A stretch of DNA of 64,000 nucleotides from the human T2T-CHM13v2.0 reference genome, Homo sapiens, in the NCBI RefSeq assembly GCF_009914755.1, contig NC_060925.1; one strand, 5' to 3'. Shown here one piece after another: positions 55,271-64,000 of this stretch. The notes beneath the pieces were generated by a model that was given only the letters and a program-made list of their open reading frames with translations, had not been told where the DNA came from and searched no databases. Within the stretch, counting starts at the first letter, position 1; the number at the start of each line of letters is the position of its first letter. Both the position numbers and the translations under genes were made by a program.

Positions 55271-58200
55271 CTGTCTGAGGCTCCCCTGACCCTCCTCGCT
55301 GGGGCAGCCTGGCCTCTTCACACTCCCTGCACCCTTCACTCACAGAGCCCTTGCTCCCTGGGGCCACAGAGCTGCCCCACTGCACACATCATCAGTCCCG
55401 GGGCCAGCCTCTCCCCCGGGGACCTGGTCAGCCCGTCTCAGCCATTCTGCACTCCTGTGGTTCTCTGACAGTGGCCCGTCTCCAGCAGCGTCCCACCAGG
55501 AGACCCCGCCTGGCCAGCTCACTGCTGTATTCCTGGCTCAACTCCTGGCCCTCCGTCCAGTAGGCCCTCAACCAACGTCCATCAAATGAACCCATGCAGC
55601 TGACATTGTCTCTTGAGCCAGTTTTTCCAAATCCCATGATCCCTGACACAGAAAGGAAACATCTGGCCAGTCCCTCCCACGGCTGCTGTGCCCAGAGCCT
55701 GTGAGCAAACGCCTGGCCCTTCCTGTGACGGTGGTCCTCGCAGGACCCCACAGGGCAGCCTCACATCTGGCAGGAAGACCCACCCGGGCCCCTTGGGCTC
55801 TGTGAGATGCCTGCTCCTGTCGGGCACCTTTCTGGGCAGTCCCAAGCACTAAGCCAGCACAAATGCAGTTTAAGAGGCTGATGAGGGAGGCCTCCTCCTG
55901 GGGGTGTGGTGATGGGGACCCCACGGGCCACAGCCAACCCCTCCCAGACGTCCGATGAATCACACTGAGTGTAAACTGCCTCTCTTCTAAAAGGTCTCAA
56001 CATCACTCGACAGTATCATCAAAGGACTCTTCCTAAGGAAAATCACAGGGTAGGCCCGGCAGCCACACAGAGCCACCTTGGCGGGGTCAGGAGCTGCGGC
56101 TCCCAGGTGCCCCAGCCCTGCTGGGAGGCCACCCTCAGCCAGACCCTGCAGCCACACTGCCCTCTGCCGGTCAGCACCCTACCCCAAGCCCCAGCGGTCA
56201 CCTAGCACCTCCACCTGCGGTCCCAGGCACCGGGAGAGGGAAGGCTGCCTGCACTGGGAGAGGGAAGGCTGTCCGCTTCACGGCCGGGGTTCTTGCTGCT
56301 TAGCTGGGGTTTTGGGAAAAGGCTTCACCTTGCCCTATACCGTTCTGTGTTGCTTGAGTTTTATAAAAAGTCAGTGTGACTTTCATAACTTGTTTTTTTC
56401 ATTTAAAAAATAATAGGTGTTTATGATTATGAAAGTATATGAGAACTTTATGAAAAATTTGGGAGCTACAGAAACTGCTGAGGTGGAAAAGCCTGGCCTT
56501 TAGCCACCCAGAGGCCTCTCTCGGAGCCTGCCCTGCCCACTCCAAGGGTCACCTCCACACCCCACCCGCCCCGGAGGACCCAGGGTGAGTCCTTGGAAGC
56601 TTCCAGGGCTGTGCCTTCTCGGTGTGCTGGGCTCGATGGGACATGACTCTGTCCCCACCCACTAGGGGTCTTAGGAGGCTGCCTGGCTCCAGCACTCTTG
56701 AGGGGTCCTTACCCGAGTCACTCACTCATTCCCCGTGTGCCAGGTGCCTGGAGAAGCTGTGGGGACCCGGCCTAACAGGGCCCAGCCCTCAGCCGGGATC
56801 TGGATGGGAGTCGTTGGCAGATTCCAGAGCAAACACCCTGTATCTGTCGCCGGGCGACACAGTGACACCACCGCCAGCCAGTGAGCCTATCCGTGTCTCA
56901 GGAAGCGCCCTCTGCCCTCAGGGCCCTCTCAGGGGCACAGGCTCAGGGCAGAGGACCTAGGAACCTCCCTGTGACCTGCCCTGCCTGCCCAGAGGCGGGT
57001 CCAGGGCCTCCCAGGCCTTTGTTTTGCAGATCTCATTAGCGGAGACCTCTGCCTCCTGGAGGGGAGGCCAGAGCAGGTACTGGGGGAGGTTTTGGGGACG
57101 TTTTGGGCAGCCCCTGTGCCCGCAGTCCTCTGCTAGAGCCTTTCGGAACCTGTGTCTGTCCCGACCCCCCCTCCACCGGCGGCATCAGGGCTGAACAAAG
57201 TCTGACACTGGGGTTGACCATCCACTGACGTTGCCCTCTCCCTCCCAACCCCAGAGAGAATAGAGCCCCGCCCCCCACCTTCCCTCGCTGGGACTGGGGC
57301 ACTGCCACGGCCCTGGGACTGGCTTCCAGGACGGAGGCTCCCGCCTGGCAGCACAGATCTCCCCAGGGAGGCCAGTGCCGAGGGCCTGACCCAGCAGGGG
57401 CGTCCTTGGTTAGAAAGGGTCCTCCGGGGCCTTGGGTGGGGCAGGCCCAGGGAGAGATGTCCAGTGACAGGGAAGGACACAACCGAGGGTCCGTCCTGCC
57501 TGCTGTGGGCAGTGGTATCAAGGACCGGGCCTTGCTGCCTCCTTGGATCAGAACGCCAGCCAGGAAGTCCTGTGGGTGCCCAGTGGCCCCTTCCAGGCAC
57601 CGCCCCACTAAGGTGAAACCCTGCTCTTTCCTGCCCATCAGGAAGCGCCCAGGCCATGTTGCCAGGCCAGACTCCAGACAAGGCCACAGCCCTGGCCATG
57701 GGGCCTGGAGTGGGGGAGCTGGGCCGACGGGTGCCTGAATCCAGGGCTGCTGCAGGTGCAGGTTCCCACTCATCACTGTACCCTGCCAGGCTGCCCCCTC
57801 ACCCTCTACTCTCTGCCCCCCTTCATGCCCAGCTGATGGGCATGGGGCTTTGTGCCTGTGCGAGGGATAGAGGGGGTTGCCCCATGGAGATGGGGGTGAG
57901 GAGTAGATTGCTGAAATGGGCATTAGGTATGCTAGAGACTTCAAGGAAGTGTGGGTGCCAGTCCAGCAGATCTCTGCAGGCAGGTGCTCCTGGAAGAGGG
58001 AGTGGCTGTGCAAAGAGGGAGTGGCCGTGCAAAGACGGAGGCCGGGGCAGCAAAGAGGCCTCGAGGCCGGGGCAGAGGAGCTGGCCTTCCCTCCAGGAGT
58101 GATGGGAACCACTGGGGGGACTTCGATGACCCAGAAAGATGGAGTGGGGGAAGACGTCAGCTGAGAGGCTCATTAGGAGGATGCCTGGGGCTGGGTGAGT

Positions 58201-58402
58201 GTTGGTTGGGAGCTCAGGGGGCCCATCTGAGCTGGGGATGCAAAGCGGGCCAAAGGCTGAGGCTGGGGCTCCACAGTTTTAAAAGCTGCAGACCAGGAGG
58301 GCGAGGGATGGGAGATTTAGGGAGCTGGAACCCGGGGCCAGGGATGTGTGAGCCTTCCCAGGAGGGGTCTGATACCAAAGGCCAAGTTAAGAAAATGTCT
58401 GA

Positions 58403-58715
<313 letters not shown>

Positions 58716-60098
58716 AACGTCTGAGAACCGACGGCTTGTATTTAAAACGTGTGAGTGGGTGGTGGCAGGAGAGGTAGACAGGGAGCAGGGCCGGCTTGGC
58801 GGAAGCTTTGCTGTAGAGAGGGGCAGAGATGGCTCGGTGGGTGGAGGGAGGGGCAAACGGTGTTTAAGAAGAAAAAACGACAGCTTCTGCGTAGGAGAGG
58901 GGCCTCCTGTCCATCTCCAGGGAGAACATGGGTTCTGTGGCCACAGGTCTCCCCAGGGCCTGGCATCAAGGAGGCGCCAGGCACGACCTGCGGGATGAAA
59001 GCACGTGGCTGAAGTCCTGGTGGCTGTGTCTGGGTGAGGGGTGTGAGGGCGTGGCCTGAGCAGGTCCACTCTCAGGGGAGAGGGGCCGAGGCCAGGAACT
59101 GGGTCTGGGTGTCCACCTGGTGCCTGGGTGAGGTCCTGCAGGCAGCAGGTCTGGGCTTCAGTGGATGCAGCCAGTAAGGGATGGGCTGATCAGGGAAAAC
59201 CGTATTTTCAGGGGAGGAGCCCAGGAGGCAGGGAGCTGGGCGGCGGTGGAGGGGCCTGGAGGGCGATTGTCCAGATCAAGCCCCTCGAGTAAGGCCCGAG
59301 AGGCTGTGGCTTCAGAAATGAAGGTCATGGGCGACTCGGGCCAATGCCGCGTCCTTGACCTGGGCGAAGTGAGCGGTTGCACTCACGAGTGTGGACGGCC
59401 CTTCCCTACAGGGGACCTTGGATTCGCTGGGGGCGGAGTGGGGGCTGGGGCCCAGAGAACCCGAGTCCGGACGCTCCCGTCCGTGACCCTGGCCGGGTTC
59501 TCCGCTCCTCGCAGCTTCAGTCCGCAAGTGTGAGATGTCAGGGGACCCCTGGACGGCGGGGCCCTCGGGCTGGCAGCGCGCGCCGCAGGAGTTTCGATTC
59601 GGAGGGTCTGGGCGAAGGCCGAGAACTCGCGTTTCCAGCGAGTTCCCGGGGGCGCCGCTCCGTCCCAGAGGCCGGGGCCCCTCCGGTTGCCGGGCAGAGC
59701 CGCGCCGCGCGCGGTCCCATTGGCGCAGGTGCGCCGCGCCCCGCCCAACAGGTAGCCCCGCCCGACAGGTAGCCCCGCCCGCGCCTCGCCATTGGGCCGC
59801 GGCCGGGTGTCCCCCGAGGATTGGCCCAGGTGGCGGCCCCGCCTCGCCCTCATTGGCCGCAGGTGCCACCGCCCGCCCCGGGACCGCCCGCCCCGCGGAT
59901 TGGCCGCTGGCTCCATCTCGGTCCGCCATGTTCGGACACCGCCCCCCGCCCCCGCCGGACGGTCCGGCCCCGCGCGCCCCCCGCTCCCGCCCCGCGCGCC
60001 GCCGGAGTTCCGCGGAGTTGACCGGGTCGGCGCCGTCGGTCCTGAGCGCTGCCTTCCGCGTTCCGCCGCGGCCCCACCTGGAGCCCCCGCCCCGCGCC

Positions 60099-60128
60099 AT
60101 GGCCGGAGCTCCCGGGGCGCAGCGCTGA
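60099..60128 (+). other. uORF MAGAPGAQR* in the PRKCZ 5'UTR, in frame with the main CDS
   Basis: gcgccATGG context; TGA at 60126-60128, 21 nt before the main ATG. Confidence 0.75.
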
Positions 60129-60149
60129 CGGCGGCGGGGGGAGCGCGCC

Positions 60150-60220
60150 ATGCCCAGCAGGACCGGCCCCAAGATGGAAGGGAGCGGCGGCCGCGTCCGC
60201 CTCAAGGCGCATTACGGGGG
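60150..60220 (+). CDS. PRKCZ: Protein kinase C zeta, exon 1 (MPSRTGPKMEGSGGRVRLKAHYG(G)); the gene continues beyond the right edge
   Basis: Recognisable PKC-zeta N-terminus and PB1 start RVRLKAHYGG; donor GG|gtgagc; 71 nt. Confidence 0.96.
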
Positions 60221-61889
60221 GTGAGCGGCGGAGAGGGCGGGGAGCGGCGCGGGTGAGGCAGGGAGGGCGGGGAGGGCTCAGCCGTCGGGGCTCCTGCGCG
60301 AGAGGGAGAGAGGGAAGGGGCGGCGAGGTCGCTGCGGGCCCGGGGCTGTCGCGGGAGGTCCTCGGTCCCCGCCCGTGAGCGTCACCCGCGGACACGTCGT
60401 GGACAGCGCGGGCTCCTTCCCCGGGACCGGGTTTCCCTGGGGTCGGCCCCGCGCCGCGAGCTCCTCGGCCCGGTCATTGTGGTAGACGTTTTCGCTGGAA
60501 AGTTGGGCGGGGACGTTCCGGCCGCAAACCTGTAAGGACTGAAAGTTTTCATCAAGTTGTGAAAACTCCTGGCGGGTTTCTTAAAATCAGCGTTTCCTAA
60601 ACGTTCTCCACGTTTACCCGGTCGGGGGTCTCGCTTTAGCCAAAATCCGGAGACCCGGGGCGCGGGCGCTGTGGCTCCAATGCAGCCCCCGGCAGGGCTC
60701 GGGGCGGTCGGGCGGGGACAGGGGTTTCTGGAGGAGACGGTGGGGCCGAGACTGACCCTGGGGTTTGCGTCGCACCCGCCCCCCGGAGGCCCTTGCCTGG
60801 CTGTGGGAGGGGGCGCGGTCAGGTGCTGGAGCGGAGGGGTCCTGGACTCTTGGCCGCCGCCTCGGGGCAGCGCTGCTGGGGGTGGCGGGGGCTGCACCAG
60901 GTGGCCGGGCTCACAGGCACAGCGGAGGGGTCGCTGCCCCCCGAAGTGTGGGCGGTGGGGAGGGGAGGACCCGTGGGTTTGTTCTTCCACCTGTGCGCGT
61001 CTCCAGGAGCCCCGAACTGGGACCTCCGCTCCCGCGAGGGTGGCTGCTGCTGCAGAGAGGGAGGGGAGCAGAATGCGGGCTCCGGACTTGCACTGGCTGG
61101 TCCTTGGGATCTCGAAAAGCTGCTCCTGCCCCGGTGCGTCCTCAGCTACAGCGTGGGCAACCTGAGCCCCAGAGGCAGGGACGGCCGGCAGGGTTAGGCG
61201 GGTGACATCTTCCCCGGGCCACGTCCTCTCAGGACAGTGACCCGGGGGTCTCTATGGTGCCCTGCGAGTCTGAGCGGGTTCAGCTTCTTGCGAACCTTGT
61301 CTTGGGGTCTCGGGTCAGCCATCTGGGGCTGCTTGGCCCCGGGTTTGTTGAGGAGGCTCAATTGTCTCTTCTTTGGGAAGGTTGGGGCCTCTGCAGCTCC
61401 CCTGTGGCAAGCACCTGGAACCTTCGGGGTGCAGTGGCCCGGGTTTGGTGCCAGAACCAGAAGAAAGGGATTTCTGGGGGACTGACCGTCCAGCCCTACC
61501 CGAAGAGGTAGGGCAGCCATGTCTTTTGGCCTGGAGGTCAGCAGGTTAAAACTTGGTATGGTTGACGTTCTGGCTATTGGACTTGTCCAGGGACCTGGGC
61601 TTCCTGTCTCCTTGCCATTCTGGAGCCACCACACTGGGCAACAGGTGATGGTGCGGAGCTCAGGGGAGTCCTGCGAGAGGGAGGTCCACACCCGAGGGGC
61701 TGCAGGGGCCCAGACCCTCCTGCATTCCGGCGTCCAATTCCTGGGACCAAGGCTCGGAGGCAATGCCACTGGAGTTCTGGGCCGCCCCGTCCTCCCTCTG
61801 CCTTGCTTTGGCCCCTGGGAGCACTTTGGTGGTGGGGCGGGTGTAATTCCACCCGGTGACTCTGGTTTCCCAGGCTGGAGAGACCAGGC

Positions 61890-62130
61890 TCCCACCCCTT
61901 CCTCTTCCCTCCCTTCCCGGACTCTCTCCCCTCTCTCCCCACCCCTTCCTCTTCCTCCCTCCTTCCCTGTTGTTTTCCCTCCTCTTCCCGCTCTCCCCTC
62001 TCTCCCTTCCCTGCCACACCTCTTCCTTCACCTTCCTCCCCCTTCTAGGGCACGTCTCCCCTCTGGCTCTTCCCTGCTCCTACCATTCCTTCTCTCCTCT
62101 CTCCCCTCCCAGGTCCTCCTCCTCTCTGCT
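61890..62130. repeat. Polypyrimidine/polypurine low-complexity tract in PRKCZ intron 1
   Basis: ~240 bp almost entirely C/T on the plus strand. Confidence 0.9.
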
Positions 62131-62634
62131 GCAGAGTGTGAAGTACCCTTCTCCCCGTTCTGGCTCCTCGTCCCTCTGGGCACCCGGTGCCTCTCTGAGG
62201 GGACTGGCTGTGGGGTGGGACACTCAGGCCTTAGGGCAATGACACAGTTCCAGAAAGCGGCTGCCAGGATGAGTACTGGGTTATTGAAAGCCCTAGAAAC
62301 TCTGTCCCTGGGGTGAGACGCTGCTGTCCGTGGGGGTAGCTGAGCGTGGACACGTGGAAGACTAGTCTTTAGAAAAAGGAAGAGCACTTCAGTCACCCCC
62401 ATGGGGCATGGCCACCCCGTCATCCTTGCCTGTCCTCCCAGGGCCCTCTGAGCACACTTGAGATCCAATCCTCGCCACCCCACCCCGCCCCCTGTGGGCC
62501 TGAGGGGTCCCCAGGCACCTGTGTTTTCAGGGAGTCCCAGGTGGCCTGGGCCAGACTCCCACGCTGAGTCTCAGATGCCCGCTCTTCTAGGGCCACAAAC
62601 ACTGGTGCTGGCTCTTCCCTCTTTCAGCTCAGAC

Positions 62635-62918
<284 letters not shown>

Positions 62919-64000
62919 AGCTCAGACAACGTTTGTGTTCAGGGAGCTTCTGTGTGCAAAGCCCAGGGCTTGGTGCTGAGGCCAACAGAGACGCAGGAGT
63001 CTCTCCCGGGCGGCCCAGCTGGCTGCTGGGTGCTGAGTCCTGGACGCCCCTGCTGAAGGGCACAGGGCAGCTGTTTGATTCAGGATTGGGATAGGGTTGG
63101 AGGTGGTGGCCTGACACTTCCCAAGCCCTGGGGTTTTACTGGAGCCACCCACCTGGCCTCTAGATTGGCCGGAAACTGGCTTCCACTGGAGGCAGGACTG
63201 TAGGGGTAGGGGCGTGGGGCAGGAAGAGGTCAAAGGTGAAGTGATGGCCGACTCCCACTCTGGAGTTCCTGGTGGTCAGACTTTTGGACTCCAGGTCAGG
63301 CAGCAGGCGTGGATGTCAGCTTGGGGCGACCCCAGGGTGATGGGTGTGTGACCCCCCTCCATTCCTTACTTTCCTAATCTGCCATGATGCTGTGGGCTGT
63401 GGCGAAGACCAGCCAGGTTGGTTCCTGTGGGGTGCTTGGGCACTGGGGGCAGGTGCTGGGTGGCCAGTTCCAGCAGGAAGGGGTGGGTAGCTGGGGCGTC
63501 TGTCCCCCAGGCCCAGGTGGCCCAGGGTGACTGGGTGAGGCCTGTGGGGCAGGTGGGCCCTGGGCTGCTGTGTCAGGGCCGCGGCTGTGGACCGATCCTG
63601 TGTTCTGTTTGCACTGGAGTTCTTGTCTGGGATGAGAACTTTGTTTCTTGAAACTTGTCTGATGAATTCAGATAACCTTGATGGGGAGCCAGCAGTGTCA
63701 GCGAAGAGCAGAGCCTGTATCTCTGGTTGGGACATCTCACACCCCTTCAGGCTTCTTTTTATAGGCCCTGTGCTCTTGCCCCGCGCTCTTGTGGGTGTCA
63801 GAAAGCCGTAGATTTTTCTGAAAATTCAGTGTGTTCACAAGGGTGTGATTCCCGCTCTGAGTTTCAGGAAACACCAGCTGGGCCCTGTGGTGGTCCCTCC
63901 CCTCCACGCAGGGTGAGACCAGCTCTTGCTCAGTGCAGGAGGTGAGGGGGGACCTCGGGTCCCTATCAGCAGGGAAGTGCCAGCCTTCAAAGGGTGCCTG

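Larger units (their letters stand above)
59300..61300 (+). promoter_or_regulatory. PRKCZ CpG-island promoter with five ATTGG (CCAAT) boxes, five CAGGTR boxes and GC boxes
   Basis: ATTGG at 59719, 59791, 59820, 59852 and 59899; very high CpG density. Confidence 0.9.

Noticed and set aside
57036-58112. 358-aa minus-strand ORF
   Set aside because: GC-rich composition, non-ATG start, no recognisable domain or splice structure

Overview
Human genomic DNA from the CFAP74-GABRD-PRKCZ locus (1p36.33), recognised from the encoded peptides and the Alu content. Minus strand: the first coding exon of CFAP74 (34-119), a ~12.9 kb Alu/L1-dense intron 1, and a non-coding exon 1 in a CpG-island promoter (~12.8-13.45 kb). 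Plus strand: the complete 9-exon GABRD gene (GABA-A receptor delta subunit; CDS 28976-39834, 1359 nt, 452 aa, all introns GT-AG, AATAAA at 40272), then the CpG-island promoter and first coding exon of PRKCZ (60150-60220). Intergenic parts hold roughly 50 Alu pieces, L1/MIR/MLT fossils, two decayed ERVL-class proviral remnants and several minisatellites. I found no new protein-coding system; nearly all long ORFs in the track are GC-rich or Alu artefacts. The strongest leads are regulatory or structural: an in-frame PRKCZ uORF ending in a UGA-CGG readthrough-type context, a repeated CCAAT/E-box/GC-box module in the PRKCZ promoter, an expanded-spacer REST site in GABRD intron 1, an X-box/RE1/CTCF cluster between GABRD and PRKCZ, and a templated inverted duplication inside an Alu next to CFAP74 exon 2. 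Repeat boundaries and family names are by eye and approximate.
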